From assembly GCA_973895155.1 (NCBI GenBank), contig OZ316893.1:8208963-8272962 (forward strand): a DNA stretch of 64,000 bases, written 5' to 3'. Shown piece by piece: positions 53,591-64,000 of this stretch (the stretch's first letter is position 1; the number at the start of each line of letters is the position of its first letter). Under the pieces are notes generated by a model. The model saw only the letters and a list, made by a program, of their open reading frames with translations. It made no database searches and was not told where the DNA came from. This stretch comes from Marsupella aquatica (taxonomy: Eukaryota > Plantae > Marchantiophyta). Both the position numbers and the translations under genes were made by a program.

Positions 53591-56500
53591 ATTTAGTTTT
53601 ACAATGTGAAGCCAAAGGGGTTTTAACAATGTACATTTCTATCAATTGGTTTTTTCAAACTTGCAAATAATTAAAAAATATAAACATATTGATATAAAAC
53701 ACTGATACATCTTTGACAAACATCATAATGGTAACTTTATTTTACTAAATGACATCTCTTTCTTTGTATTTTGGTTTTTTAATATTTAATATTTACGGCA
53801 TGGCGCCTCAAAAATTACATTACTTTTGCCACAAACAGGAATGTGCATGTTTGTCATTGTTAAAAGTAGGATCATTCCTGGTTGTGGCCGGTTGTGATGA
53901 TGTGATGCAACCTCGTGGGAGAGAATTTGCAAAAGACTTCTCATGGGGGTCCGTAAATATGTCAAAGTGAGAAAAATATGAGACAAGCTTGGTAAGAAGA
54001 GATATAAATATGTAAAGTTTAAAAAATGTGTCAATTAGGTGTGACAAAACATATAAGTTTTGCCATTTAATTTTTTCTACCCAAACGAGCTCTCCTAATT
54101 TGAGCTACGACCCCTTTTTGATAGAAGAAAAGATTCTCGGTTGGCTAATACATTTTCTTTGAGGTGAGGAAAAAGCGGGGCACAAATGTGTTCAAGGCAC
54201 TGAAACTCCACTGGGTAGTATATCTCGAGAGGAACTGGTGATCTGTTTCACTCCACAATGTAATCAGCTGAAAGCTGGCGCATTGATGACCCCAACATGT
54301 AAAAACATAAATGTACTCTCTCTCTCTCTGGCGGGATCTCCACGCACCGGAGAGTTTACAAAAAGCAAGTGCGAAACAATGTTTGACAGGATATATAATA
54401 GTTTGTTTAGAGATCTACTCCATATTTGATTTTGAATGCGTTCGTTGGTATTTTCTGTCGATTATTGTTGGAATTTTTCTGCCTTGGAGAAGAAGCTGGA
54501 TCTGGAACTCATTGCTGGACAGTAAATCTGTCATAGATGGAGTCTCATGCCTGGCACAGAGGTTCCATTTATGATGAACCAGGCATCAGGTCCATTGAGT
54601 CATGGTTTTTACCACAAGACTACGGTTCGCTGCCTTGTCCTACAACGCTAATCAACTTGGTCCGGAACACGGTTGTGTTGAAAACACGCGCCAGCTCCTT
54701 CAGGATGGTGTCCTAGACCTGAGACATTGATTACAACGGTAGGCCTAGAACCAAAAGCCCGAGGAGATACAGGGGTACCGGTACATTTCATCTTTGTTGT
54801 GATTCTGGTAGATGAATACTTCCGTCCAAGCATTAATAGGACTCACATCAACTGTCACATTCTTCCAGCGAGGTGAACCACTGATCAGGACCAGGTGGTC
54901 CGAAATTTACAGCGGTGGGTCAGCGGTGCTCAGCTACGGTAAGAGACTGTTATCCGTAGACTGGCTCGTGGACTTTGGAGGGCATATATCCGGCATAATC
55001 ATAAGCACATGCATGTACAATCATGAGAGGGGGAACTCAATTTAAAATCCTCCCTAGCTAGAACACAGGACTAGAATCTAGTGAGAGCAGGATCTAGGTT
55101 AGCGTACGAGAAATAAGTGTAAGTACTCGTTTTGTCAAGAGGGATAATTATGGTCTGGTCTCGGGCTCCATTGCCCATCTCGTGTACCAGCTACTCGGTG
55201 CAGACACTTAACATTAACAGCCAGAGAGTGCTTGAGGCCAAAAAGTTATTTGATGTTGATCAATTGGAGTGGGAAATTAATGTATTTGAATCTCTCTGCC
55301 TGATGGACGGGTTTGTCTAATTGAGCCATGTGACTGACCCAGGTTAGAATACGTCTTTCGATCCGCAGTACCTCAGCAATTATTTTGTCAAGTGCTTATA
55401 AGAAAACATATATCAGTCACATGATTGAATGTCAATTGCAGCAGGCAATTAGACACCCACTGTAAAATCATTCGTACAGCTTCTGCTGTCGTGTCTTCCG
55501 CTTGACGATAATTCCCTCACCTGGAACCTACCTTACTCCTGCAACTTCCAATTAGCGCCCACACCTCATTTGTATTTCTATATATGTTTGATTAGTTTAT
55601 GACCACTGGACTGGCTAGAGTTACATGTAAGCATCTTTAGCCACGGCGCACAAATTTTAATTATACCACGTCTCAAATGATTGCAGTACAAAATCTTTGT
55701 ACGCAGTTCCTGTATAGATTTCGGATAATGAAAGGTCCCCACAACGCATGATACAATAAAACTTTTTCCATTAGATTCAGCTTGCATTCACGTGATTCAT
55801 GGGCGAAAATACGTGACTAGTCGTTCGGACATCCATTCCTCAGAGTAATGAGAAGGTAAGTGTCACTGCCGGTTGTCGGGTCAACTTCTCGAATTGAGGT
55901 TACGTACACATTCGGCCTTTAATAAACTACGTTCTGCTAAGCATTCTTCTTTCAGGGACGGAAGGACAGGCTTGAATGTGCGTGGCGATTCCCTGGAAGG
56001 ATCACTTCATGCAGAGCGGCTGCTAGCGCGCATTGAGTGTGCCAGTGCTGAGTGAAGGTGTAAGTCAAAGTTGGTGAAAGAAGGAAGGTACCAACGTTCT
56101 TACAAATATGTCTTGCAGCTGGAATTTACATATACCCAATCCTCTTCTAGCTAGATATTGCTGCTCGACAACAAGGTTCATTTTGAAATCTTTATTTTCC
56201 CTAAAAAACACTTTATTTCCTCAGTAAAGGTACATTAGAATGTCAATCCCATTTCACATCCCAATTGCTAAATGGTAAGTTCGCCTCATAATTTTGCCCC
56301 CATTTTCGGCACAGCATAACTACAAAGCTACCAGTTTGAATACCCTGGCAAGCTAAGATAGAATCGTGTCAGTGGGTAACTAAGCTGAGCATATGGACCA
56401 GCTGTTCTGCTTACACGTTTGGTATTTAGTCTCACTTCCTCAAGGTCGGTCGGTGTTCTCCAGATTCCTCGTATGACCATTGATATGCGCGCTAGTCTGG

Positions 56501-56940
56501 TAAACTCACAAGACCAAGACTCACTCTGGACGAGCAATTAATCGAACCAAGCTCTAAAGGAACCCAAATTCCCTTCGAATTCCTTGCCCTTGGACCCAAT
56601 GTTGCCAATTCACTTAGACTGCCCTGTCTTGATTTAAGCTGCCAAATGCCCCCTAGCTATCTACTTAGAATGACTTGTCGTTTGAAGGACCTAAACCCTA
56701 AACCCTAAATGTCCGCAATTCACTTAGTATGCCTTGGCTTGACCTACCGCAAGAAGAGGGGCCTAGATAAAGGATTTGTGCGATCAAAGCTGTTGTTGGC
56801 ATGTCTTCAATGCAACATCATGTACATTACGGACACCTAACCGTCGTAGTGTCTGTGCCATGAAGTCTGCATAAGGGACTACAAGCTTTGCATGCATATT
56901 CTTAGCAGGATAAAGGCAAGTGAAAGACGTTCCGGGGCAG

Positions 56941-56948
56941 TATATATA
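56941..56948 (+). promoter_or_regulatory. Candidate TATA box upstream of the P450 locus
   Basis: TATATATA about 160 bp upstream of the duplicated anchor ORF and about 550 bp upstream of the CYP ATG. Position-based only. Confidence 0.3.
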
Positions 56949-57098
56949 GCAGGCTCCCCTATAATCTAACAGAAGGAAATATACCTTAACATTGAAGCTC
57001 TGGAGCACATCGGTCGTCAGAGTGAATCGCAACTGTATCCAGAAACGTCACTGTGCATTCATCTGAGTTGACCGATTAGTCGAAAACCATCGATTTTT

Positions 57099-57233
57099 AT
57101 GGACCCAAGCCAGTTCGGTTTCGTTGAAACAAGCTTGTTCTGCGTGTCATCCATGGCCGTAGCATTTGTTGTCATCATGAACATTGTGTTTGCTTTGAAA
57201 TTTGCATCTGTATGTGTTATGCATGCAGCATAA
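57099..57233 (+). other. 44-codon ORF duplicating the P450 N-terminal membrane anchor (uORF or duplication relic)
   Basis: MDPSQFGFVETSLFCVSSMAVAFVVIMNIVF... aligns with the CYP start MDLSQLSSLET-LFCVSTMAVAFVVFMKILF. Nucleotide similarity is visible between 57099-57191 and 57489-57578. Confidence 0.75.
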
Positions 57234-57488
57234 TCTCAGGGAGCGACCGATTGGACTCGTCGGCAGGTGATAGACCTTCTGGACGTGTTGTCGCCACTTT
57301 CCCCATATTTCTCCACAGATTCTAATGTCAGAAGCCAAATAGCAGTGATCTACGTACACAGTGATTTGGATTGGAGAACGGAAAGGATAACCGGGAACCC
57401 ACCAGTTTTCAGAGTGAGCCGCGGTAGAGGCAACACGGGAATTCTTCAACAGTTATCACAGTTAATCCACCTAAGTCAATAGATATCC

Positions 57489-60400
57489 ATGGACCTGAGT
57501 CAGTTGAGTTCTCTAGAAACATTGTTCTGCGTGTCTACTATGGCTGTAGCGTTTGTTGTCTTCATGAAAATTCTGTTTCCCTCTAGATCCCAACTACTCA
57601 ACACAACTGACGGTGGACATGGTATTGTACCCAAGGGCTCCCTTGGGCTTCCGTTCATAGGTGAAATTATCCAGTTTGCTCTCTCTGATCCAGTGGGATT
57701 CTGCAAACCCAGAGTAGAAAAGTAAGTCATACCTTATTTCATACTGTGTGGACCTAAGTACTCAGATATATAGCCTTCGCTTAGTTGGTTTGGAATGTAT
57801 TTGTCGAGTTCGTTGTCATTTTTTCGGGCGCTTCTTTGTTTTTTAGGAACTTCATACCTTCACACGCAGCTAACGTTATACAACTAACGATTTGTCAATA
57901 AAAACTATTGTAATATATATACCATCTGTAAGATATGTTGGAGATGTTTTAATTGAGCCACAGGTAATGGCATGACAGAACAATCCGACCTAATTGAAAG
58001 TTGAATTGAGAATGATAAATAGTTGCTAGTCTAAATTGAGAATGATATCGATGGAGTTTTCAAAATGGAAGCCTGAACTACTACTATAGACGACTACTGT
58101 AGAGAGCTGTTGAGCGAAATCTTGTTAACTCCAGACATCGTTCAAGTAGGAATTTACAATTTATCGCTGATCGAGGAGATGGACTCATGTCTGGAGACTG
58201 AGGTAGGTATGGAATACACGCAGGTATGGAAAGGTTTTCAGGACAAATTTGCTGGGCACCCCAACCATTATGGTGACATGTCCGGACCTTGCGAAATATG
58301 TACTAACAGACCGTCAGCAGCAATTCGAATTTACATTTCCATTATACGTGGAACAACTGCTGGGCGATGATGGCCTTGGCTTTCCACCTGAAACAGGACC
58401 TGCAGTTCACAGGGTAGCTCAAATTTTCTTATCTCCAGAGCTTCTACGCCATCAAGTGGCGGTTGTTGAGGAGATGGCATTGGAGACCTTGATCTCGTGG
58501 GCTGCAGGAGCAACTGTCGAGTCCGTAGCAAATGAATCCATCAAGGTCAGGGCTCAAAATCCTTGGATTCATTTTATTATCGAAACACAAACGTTACGAG
58601 GATATGTGAAATTAGAATAAGCTGTCTTTTACAATTTGCCGCTATTGGATTTTTTAACGCTTGCCAAACCGAACTTCAACTTCACATGCAGAATAGCTCG
58701 ACATTATGCATCTTGGTGGTTCTGCAATTCCCAGAAAAGCACCATATATAATAGGTCGTCCGCCATTCCATACCATAAATTTGACGGCGGAATCCGTTGA
58801 GGTGATTAATATATCGGTCAATTTAAAAAACTTATTCCTGGAGAGTCATTAAAACATCATTTGAGAAAGTGTAGGTGCTAGGTGCTAGGTGCTGATTTCG
58901 ACGCTTTGTTTTGTGATTGCCTGTCGCAATTGCAGTTCACAATGAATGTGGGCGTACGCTTTATATTGGGTCTTGAGCCGAAACATCCGTTAACCTTGAA
59001 ACTCCAGGGATTATTCGAGACGTATACAGGCGGCCTCCGATGTCTACCAATCAGGCTTCCTGGAACAGATTTTTCAAAGGCTCTCAAGGTATATAAGCAT
59101 GGGACTATGCTCTCAGTAACAATCTTCTATTGCCTGTAGTGTTAATCTTGAGATGCTTATCTGAAATGGTGCAATTCTCACTGTCTGCTACTTTTAGCCA
59201 CACGTACAGTTTCATAACTCATGTCGTCAGTATATATATTGCCTATCGTTATACTAAACCCAGATCTCCGATTGAATTTCAATCAGAGATCTCCTGCTTA
59301 CCTTTATTCATTGAATTTATTCCAATTGCGTAAACAGTTCTGATTGCAGCTGCAGCAATAGACTTTCATAGTCGTCTCTAAAACTCGGATTGCAGTGAAT
59401 CCTGAAAAAGGAATAATTACTCAAGTTTGGGCTCTTTTTCCTCCATTAACGATCTTTTTATTAGACTCACTCTTCGTGTCCACTTCCAGGCAAAAAAGCG
59501 CATTCAAGAGGAACTTCAGATCTTCATAAAGGAAAAATCAGATTCTCGAGTAGCATGCCAACAAACCGACCACCGGCGGAGAAATCTCATAGATTTGTTA
59601 CTCGATGATGTCAACAATGAAGACAGGGGCCCCAAGCTGACAGTAGACCTTCTTAGTAAACTTGTTCTGCACTTCTTGTTCGGTGCTCGTGAGCCAGTGG
59701 GATACAGTATCACATGGGCGATGAAGCTGCTCTGGGAATCTCCTGAGGCTCTACAAGCACTCACAGTACGTGAACTTTTGACAAGATGATCACGATGCAC
59801 CAGTGCACTGAGATCATCAGCATCGTGAAAGGATCAGAAATAACTGCAAATGTGGCTAATCTAATAATTAAACTAACGACAGCCTGGACTGACTGACAGA
59901 TATCTGCTTCTAGCTAGATAAAAGTCGGGATAAAAGGCATCCTGAATTAGCCCACATCTTGATATAATGGAAGCCTGCCATTAGTTCCACATGTGGTAGC
60001 GTTGGACATGCAACATAAATAGAGATGTCCAGGGAGACCTTATTTGCTAACTAAGTGTTCGGGAATTATGTGTCGTAGAAGGAGAATGATGAAATCCGTG
60101 CGCGGCAAGGTCTGGGAAAGCCGTTGACATGGACTGACTACAAAGATATGAAATATACTTTACGTGTACGTTTTTTTAAGTTCTGTTTTTCCATGACTGA
60201 AAGTTTTATCTCTGTCGTTAGAAGAGAGAGGCAACAGGCACGTACTAAAACCTGCTCTTGAGTTGAACAGAGTTCAAGATTCGTCGTTGAGAAAATACAA
60301 TAATTTAATGAAGGAATTTAGTCCTCCCGGCCTGTTAGTCCCTGAGATGTTACTTTGTGATGAGGAGCAGGTCATTCATGAAGTGCTACGAATATCCTCA

Positions 60401-61724
60401 ATCGCGAACGGTCCTACAAGAAGAGCACTTCAAGACGTCCGCTTTGGCAGTAAGTTCGACAGATGTAGAAGCTATTCACGTGAATCTCTCTATTGCTTCT
60501 GTACTCTAATCTTAGTGATATTGTCAATTTTTAGTCAATCTTTCAACCCCGCTTTCAACACCCACTGAAGTATGTCGGGCACGTGCAGCTCAAGACTGAA
60601 TTGAGTTCTTTCATTCACGAAAGTTTCGACGAACGTTGACTCATAGACATCAAATATGTAAATGAGAACTAGAGAGAATCTCCTTGCATTGAATTTCAAT
60701 GATATTTCGCTAATTACGCACTGACTTATTGGCCTCATTGCTCTTGGGTCCTTGTTGATGCAGATCACATGATACCGAAGGACTGGAATGTGATGGTCCT
60801 GTTCCCTGCGATGCATAAGAATTCGGAATACTTTCCAAACCCCCTGAGATTTGATCCATCCCGATTTGAGGTGGGTTTTTCTCGAACACTTGTGCCTCTG
60901 GCTTTTCCTCTTCTTTGTAATGGTTTGTAGCTAGTTCTAAACTCACTTGCTTGGCCGCTGTTGCAAATCTATCACTAGCAGAAATGCTTGGGAATGGTTA
61001 GTGACGCGTAATCCATTCAATGCCTCTTTTATACATTATGTTCCATGCAGTTTGGCAGTTTTAATAATAAGTTACCATTCTAACGATTTAACTATATTTA
61101 TATACATAGTAAAGATTCCCGGTGTTCTGTAGACTGATCTCAATGACCTGCAGTACAAAAAAGATTCCCCTCAATCACCTTCAGCCACTTGCTAAAGTCT
61201 TGCTTTTTAGACTTTCTATTAGCGGCGATGGAAGAAGAATCCTACTAATAAATTGCCTCGGAGGAAACAGAGAGGAGCTCCATAAATTTCACAAAGCGGA
61301 TATTGTTCTGCCTAGAGATGAACTTACGATTGAGAATACGCGTTACCTTTTGCAGAAAGCTCCGAAACCCAATACGTTTCTGCCGTTCGGCAGCGGTCGC
61401 CATGCCTGCGTCGGGGCGGAGCTGGCAAAGCTGGAGATGTTCGTGTTTCTGCATCTCCTCACCACCCAGTTCAGGTAGATTTACAGCGCGTAAATAATGA
61501 TTTCATTTAGACGTGTTTAATTCGTCGATCGACGTTGATGGTGGTAAACTTAAATGTGCATTGCTTTATCCTGCAGTTGGGAGGTCATTGGAGCAGATTC
61601 TGGAATTGTAAGCTATCCATGGCCAATCCCCAAAGATGGGCTCCGGATCAAAATAAGGACCAGACTTCCTTGGGATCGAGAGTGGCAGGGCCACGCGGGA
61701 ACCCTCCCGAAGATATTAAGCTAA
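57489..61724 (+). CDS. Cytochrome P450, CYP85-clan-like, 9 exons, ~507 aa
   Basis: Exons 57489-57721, 58224-58545, 58936-59088, 59490-59765, 60079-60165, 60371-60449, 60764-60870, 61356-61474, 61577-61724; total 1524 nt, in frame. N-terminal anchor, PKGSLGLPFIGE, KYGKVFRTNLLG, EVLR (ExxR), FDPSRF, heme motif FGSGRHACVG. The 9-exon layout with 79- and 107-nt exons is typical of CYP85/90/707/724-type genes. Confidence 0.93.
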
Positions 61725-62385
61725 GTAGTTATAAGAAAATATATAGCAGGTTGGCCCACGCAGAACTCATGAGCATCAAAAACACGCGTAGTCTGCCGGA
61801 AAGAAAGGAATATACAGTAATATGCATTTAATCTCGGTTTGATGTGCTACGTTTGTAGCCTCGACACCACGCGTACTCTTCATGTAATAATATGACATCT
61901 GCATGCAGAGAGCAGACAAGGGCCCAGTTTTTTGTGCACATAGGTAATTTGTATAGGTAATGTGCCATACCATAGACAATCATAAGTACTTGCTTATTAC
62001 TCTTGATCGTGTCGGTTCGACTATTCTATAAACCAGCATTTAAATGGTTGCCAATGGGTTTGGGACATTCAGCTAACGGAAGAATGTCGAGAATCTGACT
62101 TTGGCCGGAGGAGTAAGGGTCTTTATATTTTGTACTAGATTCACATATCTGTCCTAATCAAAGCCTCCAGCTGATTCTACCACAAGATGATGATTGGGTC
62201 TATGGGCTGAGCAGAGTTTTGGTGTTTTTAATTGAGTTTCGAATTATGTGTTTTTCCTCCGGGCTAGCTTGTTACTTGAAGAGATGTGGTGTTTTAAATC
62301 AGACAATCTAAGAACTCCCAATGTTAGACCAATAGCTTTATCTATCCTGTGGGCACCTTTTCACTGGCCAGTCTTTTAGGGGTTT

Positions 62386-62501
62386 GTGCCGCCCCTTCTG
62401 GGGTGGTTAAATTTTTGGTTTGGTTTCCTTTCTTCTCTCCTGGTGCCGCCCCTTCTGCGGTGGTTGAATTTCTGGTTTGGTTTCCTTTTTTCTCTCCTGG
62501 T
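62386..62501. repeat. Tandem duplication, ~56 bp x2
   Basis: gtgccgccccttctg.ggtggtt.aattt.tggtttggtttcc...tctctcctgg occurs twice. Confidence 0.85.
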
Positions 62502-62702
62502 CCCAGCTTCACTATAGGCTTATAGACCTCTGGTCCCCCCTGGGTGTGGAACCCTTATTGTGGGCCAGTGTGTTGTAGGCTAACTTTTTGAATAAATTTC
62601 AATTGGTTTTTTAAAGCTACCTGCTGTATGCTGGCTTTTTGAATGAATTTCATTTTGTTTTTTTAGAGGGAACAAAAAAAAGGGCATGATTGGGGCTAGT
62701 TA

Positions 62703-63469
62703 GAATAGGATAATGTCGTGGTTAGAGGGCATTATGAGATATAGTGCCCTGAAAAATGAGTGTGGCAGCCTAAGTTTTGAAGGCATTATTCTCATAATGC
62801 CAGCAACTAGGACATTAATGTGCGTAAAAACTTGAATGATTTTTAGGTAACAAACAAGAAAAAGTGAATCTTTGAATAGAAAATCCAAGCAAATGGGCCT
62901 GCAATTGGCCAAAGACATGAAAGAAGTTAAAAACAAATCTTGTAATTTTGATACAAGTTATTATTATGTTATTTTACTTGGTAACACTATATTTGGGTTT
63001 TACTTTTCCTATTTTAGTGATACTTCACATAATGTCCTCCTCAAAAGAAAGAAGGCTATATGGAAAATTAATGTACTCAAAAATACAAAGACTAAAGACC
63101 CTAAATTTCCCATATAGTCTCCCTTCTTGTGAGGAGGGCATTAATATGTGAAATATCACTAAAATAGGAAAGGTAAACCCAAATATAGTGTTACCAAGTA
63201 AAGTAATATAATAACTTGTATCAAACTTACAAGATTTTTTCTTAACTTTTTTCATGCCTTTGGCCAATTGCAGTCACTTTTGTGTGGATTTTCTATTCAG
63301 AAATTCACTTTTTATTGTTTATTATCAAAAAATTGCTCAAGCTTTTATGCACATTAATGTCTTAGTCATTGGCATTACGATAATAATACCCTCAAAACTT
63401 GGGCTGCCCACCCTCGTTTTAAGTGCATTATATATCATAATGTACTCTAACCAATACATTATACTATTC
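62703..63469. mobile_element. Foldback or long-TIR MITE-like element (~365-bp inverted arms, ~35-bp spacer)
   Basis: 62703-~63070 is the diverged reverse complement of ~63104-63469, e.g. cttggtaacactatatttgggttt vs aaacccaaatatagtgttaccaag and ctgcaattggccaaag vs ctttggccaattgcag. Confidence 0.85.
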
Positions 63470-63901
63470 AAAAAGCACCCAAAAAAATGCAAAATAGTTG
63501 GGACAAAAAGAGAAAACGAGGAAAAGCGAATAATAATTCGTGTAAAATCAAAGGGAAATAGTAACACAGCGAACCGAGTATATATACGATGGGTGCCAAC
63601 TTGCTGTCGTGGCACGACAGGAAGGTGCCATAGGTACCACATAATGGGGATGCATTCCCATCGGAGGTGGAGCTGCCCTGGACATGCCAGTTGACCGCTT
63701 TCATCGTATTATTTTGTCGCTCGGTGTGCCCGCCTGCCCCCGCCTGCCCCCGCCGGCCACTTGGTGGACGGTTGAGTAATATAGGAACGGGCAGCTAGTG
63801 GAGATTCTTTGTCGGCCCTGCCCGTGGTCTCGCCAGAGTTTTAGGTCCTTAATTAACTAAACCAACAGTCCATCAAATTTGAAGCTTAGCTTTGGGACTC
63901 C

Positions 63902-63996
63902 CTATTATCAGTGTCTAGGAGACGGACTGTGATTCCAGCATAGTCCATCAAACTCACTATTATTAGTGTCTAGGAGACGGAGTGTGATTCCAGCAT
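63902..63996. repeat. Direct repeat, 40 bp x2 (period 55)
   Basis: ctattat(c/t)agtgtctaggagacgga(c/g)tgtgattccagcat at 63902 and 63957. Confidence 0.85.
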
Positions 63997-64000
63997 CGAC

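Noticed and set aside
49638-57000. Possible LOV2/kinase exons completing paralog B
   Set aside because: Only UTR-like and repeat sequence is seen before the P450, with no kinase motifs.
222-61724. Functional 'light/photosynthesis cluster' of plastocyanin, LOV genes and P450
   Set aside because: Neighbourhood alone is not evidence in a plant genome, and no shared regulatory signal was seen.

Overview
Eukaryotic nuclear DNA from a land plant, probably a non-seed plant such as a bryophyte (inferred from gene style and TE content). Four intact protein-coding genes can be built by hand with GT-AG introns: an intronless plastocyanin (222-716, +), two paralogous 4-exon phototropin-derived genes arranged head-to-head (20280-23911, -; 45246-49637, +), and a 9-exon CYP85-clan cytochrome P450 (57489-61724, +). 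The main observation is the paralog pair. Each encodes a ~760-775 aa, largely low-complexity protein with one phototropin LOV1-type domain, whose photoactive Cys codon is formed only by splicing. Neither has a LOV2 or kinase domain, and both end in a conserved K-Q-(Q)-F-C-I-V-H-x-stop motif that is tandemly expanded in one paralog. The rest of the window is TE and repeat debris: a probable KDZ/Zisupton-type transposase relic, a CRE-like retrotransposon 3' end, tRNA-derived units, an 85-bp x5 tandem array and a ~770-bp foldback. All family assignments come from recalled motifs; no database search was run.
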